From the NCBI GenBank assembly GCA_964057225.1, contig OZ059898.1, forward strand, positions 8,370,001 to 8,434,000: a DNA stretch of 64,000 bases. The letters run 5' to 3'. The position numbers and the translations under genes are program-made. Source of the DNA: Auanema rhodensis (lineage: Eukaryota; Animalia; Nematoda). Of this stretch, positions 1 through 12,407 are shown piece by piece; position 1 is the first letter of the stretch; each line of letters opens with the position of its first letter. The notes below the pieces were generated by a model. That model saw only the letters and a list, made by a program, of their open reading frames with translations, made no database searches and was not told the origin of the DNA.

Positions 1-97
1 TCTTGCCGGATGAAACGAATAGCCGAAATGATGCAATGACGTGACTGAAAGTCATTGTATTAAATGGCTGTGCACCGTCCATCCAGGAGATGTTCAT
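1..97 (-). CDS. Candidate alternative first coding exon of a large minus-strand gene that continues beyond the left edge of the window
   Basis: AAAATG at 97 opens MNISWMDGAQPFNTMTFSHVIASFRLFVSSGK with no stop before the window edge; GC-richer than its flanks. No homology recognised. Confidence 0.3.
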   Translation of the reverse strand, partial: MNISWMDGAQPFNTMTFSHVIASFRLFVSSGK

Positions 98-1754
98 TTT
101 CAGGGGAAAAAAAGAAAGAAAGGAAGATCATTGTCATCAAACAGCTCGATGAAAATTCGAAATATGGCCTTACAAGCTATAATTCATTCGAACATATTAT
201 TCGTTTTTTTTTGGAAAGATTACAAGAGAACATGGAGACAATGACAGCGAGAATTGAAGAGAAAAAAGCAGCGGAGAGTTATAAATAGAAAGAGAGAAAA
301 CGAAAAAATACGTGAAATTGAAAGCAGGAAGATTTCAAATATATTGGATAAAAAAATCAAATTGTCGATGAATTTTGGGTGTTAAAAAAATGAAATCAAA
401 TGCCATATATAGCATATGTATGTGTATAGTTTATGCGGTATGGCAGCCACGAGATCGTCTATGATTTGAGCTTGACCAAGTTTCTTTGAAAAATGTTGAG
501 TGTTACCAAGTTTAACGATAGCTAAAAGCTGTAGATTTCGATTGAATAACATATTCTTTTATAGTTTATAAATAAGAATATTGAAATAAATTACAAATAT
601 GAATAGTTATAAGTAGAATAACTAACTAGATGAAATGAACACGATAGTTGTAGTACATGAGAAAAGGAAAAAAATATATATAAATGCCCCCTCCCCCTAC
701 TTAGTATTAGAGTGTACATAAGAGAGATGGAAAGGAAATTGTCAAAAAAAAAGAAAGAAAACAGGGCTTATAGAGAGAGATGGAATGAGAGCGAGAATGA
801 GATAGAGAGATGGAGGGAACGTTAGAGTTTTGTCAGTGAAATAGCCATTTATGGAGTTCGATGGGCAAAAATGTCCGATCTAATAATGGAGCGGTGTTCG
901 TTGTACAGCACATGTAGTCATTTTAAACCTTATAGTTATGAGCTACCTTGTCTGTACATATGACTAAGAAAAGGCTGTTGTAGCAATGAAAAAAAGAATA
1001 AATTACAAAGAAAATTCTTTATATCTTAGTCTGTTTCTCTCATATACATAAGTATTATATCTTCTCTCTTTTCGCACCATCCTTTATCTGCTCAATTGAC
1101 TGGAAGAAATGAAGTACGTTCGCCTTCTTGGAACATTGAACATACCATAGATGAATAGTTGACAAGTAAAAGATAATAATAGAAAAGAATAACATTTTCT
1201 CTAGATTTTTTAAAGAAAAAGGAATGAAATACTAATTAGTTTTCAAAGTTTAAAAGTTGAAATATAGAACTAACCTTATGAGAACATACATTGTTGACAA
1301 TTAACATTTTATGTTGTTGAGTTAAAAGATTCACAAAAGGAATGTCTGAAATAAAATTAATTAAGAAAGGCAAAAAACGACTTTAAACGATAAATGAAGA
1401 AATTAAGTAGGCATGTTAAGCATGTAGAGAACATTAAAGACTAAAGCTTTATGGAATATATGGTGGAGCATAAAACAAGTCAATAAGAGCTAATTAGAAG
1501 ATATTAAAGTTTAATAAGGAAAAGTGATGCTAATTATAAGTTTTGATGTTGATGGGCCAGATTTCGTTTAAAATCTAAGAAAATAGCTAGTTAGTGACTG
1601 AGATAAAGAGAGAGAGAGAGACATATGTGTGCAAGCTGAAGATGAAGCTGGTCAGTTGCTGATTCATCATTGGTACAGACCAAGCCCAGATGTCTGTTAT
1701 ATTAATATAATTAATTATATAATAACTACAGATAGAATGTTTGAAGTTATATGA

Positions 1755-1777
1755 ATATATATATATATATATATATA
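1755..1777. repeat. (AT)n microsatellite
   Basis: Directly visible AT dinucleotide run. Confidence 0.85.
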
Positions 1778-4728
1778 TTTCTTATGAAAACAATATCTTT
1801 CGTGAAAATACATACATATTTATGTTGATATACATAAGCATGCTAATAATTATATACAAATTCTTTAGATCAGTATAACTAATATTATACATTCAGATTA
1901 ATATAGTTAAAAATATTATATGTATTTATATACATATAATTATCCACGTGATATAGTATAATTTTATAATTAACGTTTAACAGTGCTTAGGACACTAAAT
2001 GATGTTGTTCAATGATGATAACATTGGTGATGGCGATGGCGATGATGATGATGAGACAATAATGTTGTATATAAGATGAAGATGGCTGTTTATTATACGA
2101 AAAAGGTAAACAATTTGCTAGCCGATACTAATAACCTTTTTCGGCGATTATCCAAGCTAATAGACCGTAATGAGAGGTGTTGGTTAAAGAAAGTACAAAG
2201 AGAAATAAGGAAACAGAGAGGAAATTGAGAGAGAGGGAGTGAGAAGAAGAAAAAGAGTTATACCGACTATAATAGTAGTTATAGTTATTTAAATGGAGTA
2301 CATTACTATATTACTATATGTATAAATTACTTTTGAAATCTAAGCTGACCCTCTCTCTCTACCACTTAAGATCGTTTAGAACTATTAATTGGCGGTAAGG
2401 TCTTAAATACATTTTCAAATATAGATAAACTTGAATTAAATATTCAAATTATATTACACAATAATTCAAATGTATAGTTAAAGAAGAAAGAGAATAATAG
2501 AAAAAACTGTGAGTTTTACATAGAAAAGTCATAAAATCACAATGATATGACTGTATATAGTATATAGATCAAGTTGGCCATTAGCTAAAACTTTATATAT
2601 GTTTACAACTTTTTACTATATATATATATGTATAAATATAGTTGCCAATAGCCTAATGTGATGTAACGGATTGAGCCATAAATTGAGAATCACAATCATC
2701 TCTTTGAATAACCTAAAGAGAGAGAGAGAAAATGAGTTCAATATACTACTATTAGTAAGAGAAAAGAAAAATAAATTGAATCTGGAGAACCTTCCATTCT
2801 TCTCTCTTTCTCTGTATCTCTCTTTCTGTATCTTGGTATTAGTTACTCACTCATCATGTACTAGTTGAATGAAGGGAACACAAACTGCCGGATTAGTCAT
2901 AGCCTGTTCCTGATCCAAGTAGCAATGGATTTCAAGTAGAACAACTTTTTGTGAGTTAGTGGTCAGTAATGATATATATATATAGTATACTATACAAGAT
3001 AATTAATTATATGAAATAGTACCATGCTAAATATTATAAAAAATTGTCACAAAAAAAAATGAAAAGTCGGCAAGGTGAGGCTAAAAAGCGATAAATATCT
3101 CTAATGCGTCTATTCCCAGATAGTTAAGACTATTATTATGATTTTTGTGATCACTCTCTATTTCTATTACTATTTCTCATATGGCTATTTCTTTCTATAA
3201 CTACATGATAGATGTATATGTCACAAGCCAGCCGGTAATGAAGTACTGAAGAAGTACTTCCACATCTGATTGATTGTTCGTCATCATCATCAGACGACAA
3301 GCCGACATGTTGTTTCTGCAAGAAGTGTGCCGACAGACAGAAGCTGCTGAAAAATGGCTCTGTGATCGTTTTATCCGACATAGCTCAGTAATTTCTGCTC
3401 ATCGAGCATATTACAAACAGGGATTAAGAGAAATATGTTTGCATTAACTTCCAAGTATTCTAAAATATTTTGATATCTATCTCTATTATATAACGAAGGA
3501 TTTCATTCTAACCATATATGTTATAAGATTGAAAAAAAAAGAAATTAATTATATAACATATGTATAATCTACTATCTATAATAAATTTAATGAGTATTCA
3601 TCAAATTGAATTAATAGTAGACATACAGAAATGGAGAAAACATGAAGGTGAGCAACAGATAGATGTCACTGTAACCAGAAAATGAGAAAGAGAGCATAAC
3701 AAGGTAAATAAATAAAAAGAAAAAAAGAGAGAGAGAGAGAGAGAGAGAAATGGAAAGGCAGATAACAAAGAGAGTAAAAAATATTCTTCCTTGGATCATT
3801 CCACACGATGCCTTAATGGGTATGTTGTGTTGTATCCTTGAGAGCGAATTACCTAACAGGTGACATGTCTACTGTCAACTCTTCTAATGATATTTATGGA
3901 ATCATGAAGATTAAGTAATTTTATATTATATACTAAGATATGTAAAAATTTTGTTGAAAATCGTGTACCAAGGGACAGTTGAATGAATGCTAGATTGAAT
4001 GAAATAGTTGGATATTCAGATGCTGGACAAATGTTGCTCATTTTCGTCAAACGAATTGCGAAAAATATGGCTTAATAATCGTAGCCAGTGTTCGTTTTCT
4101 TCTTTTCTAGAAGTTCTGATTTTAAGTCGGAACTATTGCTCAACAGATAGCCAATTCGGCTCATTAGGTTGGCTCGATTGACCAAGGCACAAGCCGTCAG
4201 ATATAACTGAATAACGTCCGAAAATAGTTGCGAATTCATTCAGCTAACTTGGCTAGCATCACGGATAGTAGCTAGTCGCATAGTTAGCTGAACTGTGAAG
4301 AAATAGCCATCAACTTACATGATTATGAAAACAAGTTGCATTATTATAATGTTTTGATGATGAAATGAGTTGCATAGATGAAAAAAGCTTTCAACCTGCA
4401 AAAAGCAAAAACTTCGAAGTTCCCGAAAGACTATAAAAAGATTATTTTGTTTGCAATATGCTAAGAAAAGAGCGGAAAACAAAGAAAAAGCGCCATCCGA
4501 TTTACAATGAATTTAGACAATAGATATATATATTATATATTGTAGCTAACAACCTTTTTTTCCGTGGTCAATCATTATTTCCGCTGAAAAATATTATTCT
4601 CTAAGATCTAACATCAATGCTTCTTGACCAAGAACAGGTTTCAATTTTATACGTGAATTATATAAAACTGGCATAGAATTAGAAAAAAACTACGCAACAT
4701 CTAGAATTTCAATGCCATAATCATCACA

Positions 4729-4801
4729 GCCCGGTTAGCTCAGTCGGTAGAGCACCAGACTCTTAATCTGGCTGTCGCGGGTTCGAGCCCCGCATCGGGC
4801 T
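4729..4801 (+). tRNA. tRNA-Lys (anticodon CTT)
   Basis: GCCCGGTTAGCTCAGTCGGTAGAGCACCAGACTCTTAATCTGGCTGTCGCGGGTTCGAGCCCCGCATCGGGCT. A-box, B-box (GGTTCGAGCCC), anticodon stem CCAGA/TCTGG around CTCTTAA, acceptor stem pairs, T-runs downstream as Pol III terminator. Near-identical to C. elegans tRNA-Lys(CTT) as I recall it. Confidence 0.97.
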
Positions 4802-7800
4802 TTAAGGTTTTGCATTTTTAGAATGCATACTTTTGTATTTTTTGTACAAAAACACAAACAAATACATTCTGAATGTTTACATTTTGCATATATAGCACAA
4901 AAAAATGTAGAATTATAAAACGCTAATTATGTTCATGTTGTGAAAGCATTTTGCTTACGCATTAGAGGTACCAGACGTAGCTGGAAGGTCAACAGCCATC
5001 GTAAATCATGGAAAAAGGTAACATATGTTTTAAATCAGTGGCAGAGCAGATACCCACATTACCGCTTATTACGGTTCCTTAATCAATAAAATATGTTTGA
5101 ATACTAACTATGTGTGAATAATGCAGTTAGAATAGTTATTTTTCAATTATATATTGGCTATTTAGATAACAACAGCTGTAACGCCGATATGGTACAATAG
5201 CTGTCTGCTTGTGATGCTTAAGTATTACCAAATTGGGTGGCAAGGATGGATGGGATGAAGGGAAGTGCACCATGTCCTGTTCTAGATAAAATCGGAATTT
5301 GAAGGCGATTTATGGGCAGTTGGTTGGCAATCAGTACTTTAAGAGGACAGTTCTTCCGGAAAGAGAGCGTATTCCAACAAGAGAAATAGACAGGGTGCCA
5401 CTGGTCAACTGTGCATATAGGAGATTTAAGGAAAACAAATGTTGCTTTGTGTGATTTAGTTGATGGGGCTTGTATGTCAGTCAATCTGACATATATGTGG
5501 AAAATTGTGGAAGAATATCCGAGGGTGGAATTTGAAATATACAAGACAATTAGGATATTGAAAAGATTTAACCTAGACTGGATAACAAATAGAGCAAAGT
5601 TTAGGCTCAGACATAAATACTTCCCAACAAGATGGGTGGCGAAGAGCTGAGCCGGAAGCGCAGAATGCAGCACAACATTTACTATTGAGTGGATAAGTAA
5701 CAAGATATTTAAAATTGCTAAATGCACATTCATGGATTGTGGCCTTTAGTCAATAGTTCGCAAAAAATCAAGAAACGACTCATTCATTCTTCGTTATAAG
5801 AGTATTAATACTAAAAAAGATAGAAGTTGACTATTTGAATTGCTTGAAGAACTCAGTAGGAGGTCAGCACGACTATTATAAGGAGAAATGATTATAAAAC
5901 TACAAAATTTCTTTTTTTTTTGGAAGAAAGAAAAAGAAGAGATGATAAGACGAATAATACGATTTTAGAGAGGATTTCTTCTCCTTTTCCGTAGTCGTCA
6001 AAGAACAATTCTCTGAAGTTATTTACTTCGCTCTTTTCCTTTTTTAATCTCTACTATTTCCTGTTCTTTTTTTATCGAAATTCTGTTGTAATATATAAAA
6101 TATATAATTAAAAAATAATTTGAATCTATTTGAATAATAAGAGACTCATAGAGATAAACAAGAATTAAATACAATACCACATGTTTTCCGGATGTTAAGG
6201 TGTTACTTTGACATGAATCATGAAAGGTATGAACATTTCATGAAATCTGTAAACCAAAAGATTTAAGAAGTGAATACAGAGTTTTAGACCTAATCGATTA
6301 TTCATTACCTTGATATAATTAAGCCAATTATAACATATATAACAAGAGGATTATATTGCAAGTGAAAAATCCGAAAACGCAAAAGAGAAATATGAATTTG
6401 AAATTCTTAGTGTTACCTTACCGTCACAATCTCATCAAGAGCTTATTTTCAAACATGTTGTTTGATAAATACAAAAATTGCGACGAAGAATAAGTTGTTA
6501 CATCTTAACTATATCAAGCCAAACTTGCAAAATATTTCTTTGTAAATGGGTATGACAGGGATTAGGAAAAACAGAAAACGAATAAACAAGGAAATATTAA
6601 AATGAAATTGAAGCATAAAGCTTAATGTCGCGCAGGCATCAGTATCTCAAAATCTGAAATCGCTAGGGAATTCTAGTAGTAGAAGAAGCAGTATGTAGTC
6701 TAAAGGGAGTGTGGGGTCAGATTGCTCAAGAATGAGATGATGAGAATAAAGCAGAGACATTCAGATGAACTGAAAACGATTTGACAAACACGGGAGAGGA
6801 TAATGTGAGAGAAGGAAGCTAAGAGACCCAGCTGCAATGTTAGATGAGCGTTATGTGAGCCGGAATGCGCAGGAGGCCTGATTGTAGTTTGTTAGCTTTC
6901 AGTATGAATGATGTACCTTTAAGATTGTAGAGTGGACTTGGGTGGCCCATATTAGATAACTTCAGTCAGTCTAATAGATAGAGAAAAGCTCATGGTTAAG
7001 GCGGAAAGCTGAGGAAATAATTGTTGGTAATCCATCTAAATGATCTCATGTGCTCATATATGCTTGCTGGCAGACAGTTGTCACGGCATCTGTCTTTTAA
7101 ACAAGGCAGAAAGCCTAGTCCTATCTCCCTATTGAGCATAAAAGGGAGAAATCAGCTTGAACTATAGAGAGAAAGAGAGAATGCGAGAAAGAGGGAGAGA
7201 AAACGGAAAGAGTTAGATGAATATCAGTGAGTTGTAAGCATAGCTCATATTAAAGTGAAAACTATGTCATCCATCAAGCCTAATTCCATAAGCGAAGCAA
7301 AGATTTCAATTTGTGTCTGACAGACAGAACATGACATTGGCGAATATTACTTGATCGGGAATAGTTTTTTCAACTAAAAACCGTTCAATATCATTTTTCT
7401 AATATATAAATAGAAAAAACAAGAGTATGATATTCTGTATCAACAAGCTGATACATGTTTACAAACTTAAAAAGTAGTCGTTTGAAATACAGTATTTCTA
7501 AGTGGATTGTGTAGGCGCCTGAATTGAAATGTTCGAACGGTATGCGACGAACAAGATGTTCTATTGACAGTTTTTGAATGACTTTAGGTCGAACAAGTTA
7601 ACTAATGTTCTGCTAGAATAACGTTTTTTGACAACAGAAACATTAGTTGTTGCTTTTGACATCAAGCTATACTGAGAGAGACAAAAAAAAAGAAATTTGA
7701 TCAACTCTATGATTGGTTGAGCTCAATGAACATACAATATCTCTCAGCTTCTTCACACGTTTTCAAGATGCCGATATGTGTTTCAACAGTTGAGGTCAAG

Positions 7801-10800
7801 CAAAGAATGGGCTGAGAAGTTCTTATTGTGCAGATGAAACGTACAAATATGGCACCATCTATCAATAATGATCAAATGAATAGGAAAAAGCAAGCAATCT
7901 CAGTAGGTGAAGAAGCATTATGTATATATTTACATAGTATTGCTTTATTCTCCATATCATAGAAATGACTAGACAAGTGAGTCGGAAAGTACATTGAACA
8001 GTTGTACCATTCGAAATAGAGATGTTAATTATGTTACGAGAAAAAAAAGGGTAATTGATACCTTAGTTTTTTTATTGTGATATGATGAGTGAGAGAAAAA
8101 GAGTGAGAGATGGGGGTAAAAGAGAAAGAGAGAGAAAGAGAAAAGGGTACAGATGAGAAAGGCGATGAACTGGAAAAAAGAGTGACTGTAGAGAAGAGTA
8201 CTGAAGTGACGTTGAATATCAGATATCCCTCTTTAGAAACTTTCCCAAATTGAGAGAATATGATATAGTAGACGACAAAAAGCTATGAAGAAGAAAGGGG
8301 GGGGGGGCATGGTGACTATCTAGTAACAATGTGATAGTAGAACAACTAGTCGAATTTGAAAACTTTTCAAAAATACTTCAGAATACTTTTCTCTTAATCG
8401 AACGATAGCATCCATTATATTCAATATAATATTATTTTGAATAATAGTGTTCTATTTGATATTTGTAATAAAACACGATGTAGAGCTTCCGATGATTTAA
8501 AACTGTATATGGTTTATAACGCATATACATAGAGATCAGAGTATATGAAGAGGTAAATGACAGATAAGACCTAGTTCTCCAGATGCGGAACATTCATACT
8601 CAATTCTTCTCGACCATCCTCAATTACAATGTTCGAGATTTGTATTGTGTTCAAACGCTGTGGGACTTCTAGTATCATCAGCTGCTGACGATAATAGTTG
8701 GCTGATGGTAGATAGTTGTAGGAGATCGTTTCATCTGAATCTCTACACGAATGCTGGATAGGATTGAGATTTATGTTGGAACAATACAGCGATACTTTAG
8801 CGTTCTGCGATGTTTTGCTTGTTATCGGTGGTCTCAGAAAATATTATACGTCGTCGTCAGTTGAAATGTGAATCCAGGAAAAAGACGGAGAGATGAAAAC
8901 TAATGGATGTTGACCAGACAAAGCTGGTATACTAGGTAGTGGTATGCTTTTTGCTATTAGATAACTTGAGTTTGGTAGTCAAAACAGAAGGAAACAAAAT
9001 ATTTAGCGTAAAAACATCTAAGCAACTAATTGCGATGCCCTATATAACTATATAGCAACCGAGAAATGAGCACTTCCAGAAACGAGTAGAATTCGTCGCT
9101 TGCCCGGTTTGAATATTTGAGTGGTCATCTGAAAAGAAGAGCTCTGTCCGTTTGAAGAATGACAGAGACTCTACGAGAGAATGAGGAAAGGACGAGAGAG
9201 GAAGATGAAAGAGAAATATCGGATACATTCAAAGAGAACGAAGGCTGGGTTACGGAAAAGGTCCGTACTACTTGCCTACATTGAAGAACGGAAGAAGTCA
9301 TGATGCGGCTCAGTGAGCTGGTGAGGCATGGAGAGTGATCCTGCCGTTCATCTCAAATTTCTTCGGCCATAGAAGCTGTACTTATTTTTATGCTGCCAGC
9401 ATTTCAAACATCGGCTTTGTGAGATATTGTAGCTACTAGGTTGGTAGGAAAGTTAATTCATTCTGACGTTGATAGAGCTTAAAAAATGTGCTCAGATGCT
9501 GTTATCGTAACTATAACTCATAAGAATTTAAAATTCCTAATTTTATTTGAAGAACGTAAAAAATAGAATTTTTAGGATGGATGAGAGAAGCTTAAGTGAA
9601 CGCCAACAAAGAAAAGAATAAAGCTAGAAAAGTCCAGTAGAGACTTGCTACCGATATCAATGAAACAAAGATATTTGAGAATCAAGAATAGTGGAGCTAG
9701 AAAAGAACACATTTAACTTCAGCTTACTCGATACAGCATATTACGAAGTTAGTTTAAGCTCATTTTGCATCTATAAACAAGAAAATCATAAAGACGTGAA
9801 GGATGAGACATAAACCTGCCACGAACACTTGCAAAAGCTAGTAAAATCAAAACCACATTTGAGCTTCTCATTGTATAGTGAAAATGAACTCAGATGACAA
9901 TTATGAGAGAGGGCAAAAGTATTAAAGAAGGAGAATATGAGAGAAACAAGAGAAACAATAGCGATAACATATGGTTTTGCAAGGAATCATAACTATATGA
10001 TGTGGCCGTTTTTTCCCGGAGAATGCAGAAAACTTAGTATATGAAATGAGAAAGAATGGCATCAGATTAATGAATTTTGAACAGCTTTCTAAGCAGCGAC
10101 GTGAGAAAATAGTGAATAGAGAGTAGAAAAAAAATCAGGATAAGTTGTTTGCAAGCGACTTTCTCGGGTGAAGAAGGTGAGAGATTGAGTAGGACAGACA
10201 TACATAAATATATACATGTAGAATTCCTCTGGAATGGACTAAACTTTGACATGGTTTATGTCAGTGTTAGAGAGAGAGGGAGAAAGTCTAGAAGCAACAA
10301 GTGAATAGATGGAGAAAGATTTAGAGGCGACAAGAACCAAATTATTGAAATGAACCAATGCTTACAGCTGAGACAACAGGAAACGACAAGAACTAAATCT
10401 GACGCCTGGAGAACGGCATACCGCTCCCTCAGATTTTCTTGACATCAAAGGTCAGGAAATCTGGCTAAACCTGTCATTTTCGTTGCGGGAATAAAGACGT
10501 TTCTGTTTTGGAAAGCTAGTTAAAATAATTAAACCTGCATGATATAAGGTAAATTCGTTGAATATAATGATAGGCATACGTTGTATTGCATTAAAACTAA
10601 AGTCATTCATGAAAATAACAATATTGAGACTTGAGAGATAGGTACGACACAAAAGATTTGTATCATAATAGATAGATAGTAATTCTACCTATGTTTTCAA
10701 TACTTTCCTATCTCTTATAAAATCATAATATATCAAACAAATAGAAAAAAGAATCAGTAATTAAAAATAGTTGGCGTTTATGGTCCAATAGAAAATCATA

Positions 10801-12391
10801 ATGTAAACGGTGGAGCTGCCAGAAAGAGCAAAAGAAAGGAGATGCACACAGACAACTCGATGAAAAGGCCTCCAGAAAGAACAGGGCATAGAAAATGTGA
10901 TGCAGTGCATGGCAAAGAGAATGAGAAGAGATTTGTATTTTATACCAAATGAACAAGACATAAACTGACTATTTGGCAGGGTAGTGCTGCTCAGCCAACT
11001 GTAAGATTATAGTCAGAAAAGTGAACAATGAAGATGAAAACAAGAGAACTAGATTAAGGACTCGACCATTAGGTATATAGAATATAATATATAAGGTAGA
11101 TTGCGCATCATCAACTATATATTTTTCGACATTTTTCATAATCAGTAGGAAAAAACAGTCTGAGTGACCTAGACAGTTGAGGTCACGAGAGAGAATGTTC
11201 AAAATAAATTGGCGGAAGCCGACAGTAGGAAGATGGGTTAGCTTACTTTATGCTATATATATATATATATATTTGTGTGTATGTACATGTGTATACAAAA
11301 AAGATTGTAGGAAGCAGTAATACTTACTTGAATAGTTCTATATCGGTTATGTATGTCGATTTTTTGGTTTTTTATTTAATTACATGGACAAAATCATAAG
11401 AGCTACTTATAAGCGTTCGAGAAATGTATCCATCTGGACAAATCAAGATTCTTAATAGAAAATTGAATTGAGTAATGGAACTTCAATATTTTGTAAGTTT
11501 GATGAGTCGTATAAACGAAGTGTTGCATCGGTTGAACCAATTTACAACAGCTACGGGATTAGATGATTCCTAACCATTTGTCAGCCTGATATGCTAATAT
11601 GGATAAGCTATACATCAAATATGTAGCTAAGAATAGTTAATTCTCATATAAGCATGTTACATATTTCTATATATACATATCTACATGTATGTGTTATATT
11701 ATATTTATACGTATAGTAAAACCAATGAAATAGTTTAATCTTTATATGAAATTGGTTGACGTGAGTGATATTTGAATGAACAAAGAAAAAAAACTTTTCA
11801 AAACTTTTTCAAACAAAACTCCGGAATTGCTAGCCCAATGGGTGGATTCATGTCCTTCAAAGTTAGCTATTTGCTTAGTGGTCTGATTTTGAACGACCAT
11901 ATCTAATTAGATTTAGCAACACATATCTCTCTCTCTCTCTCTCTCTTTCACTTTCACTCTTACCTCTTTCTCTATATCTATCTATAAACATTTTTCTCAC
12001 TTTCCTTACTTATCTTATACAATTATTGTTGGTATGATTAAACAGATATCTAACTCATATTAACCATTCGTATGACCATGGCCACCGTGAGACAAATTTT
12101 CTCTACGACTGGTTGTCCATTCGTTAACCGAACCGAAATCGGCGGCAACTAAGCAATATTTGAATTTTGTTTGCTAAAATAGTCATAAAGATCCAGCCTA
12201 TACAGTAGCACAATAATATATTATAACTTTTAGGGCATGGCATAAACATATGAATGAAGATATTAGACTTCGTCATTCATTTCATTTCAAATATTCGAAA
12301 TATTTGTCAAATAACACATAAAATTAATAAACATTAAGTATATATTTGATTATTTTGTAAATACTATAGATATATAAAACATTGAACGCAC

Positions 12392-12407
12392 GGGGGGGGG
12401 GGGGGGG
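12392..12407 (+). repeat. G16 homopolymer (G-quadruplex-capable); a G11 tract lies at 8297-8307
   Basis: Directly visible. Confidence 0.9.
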
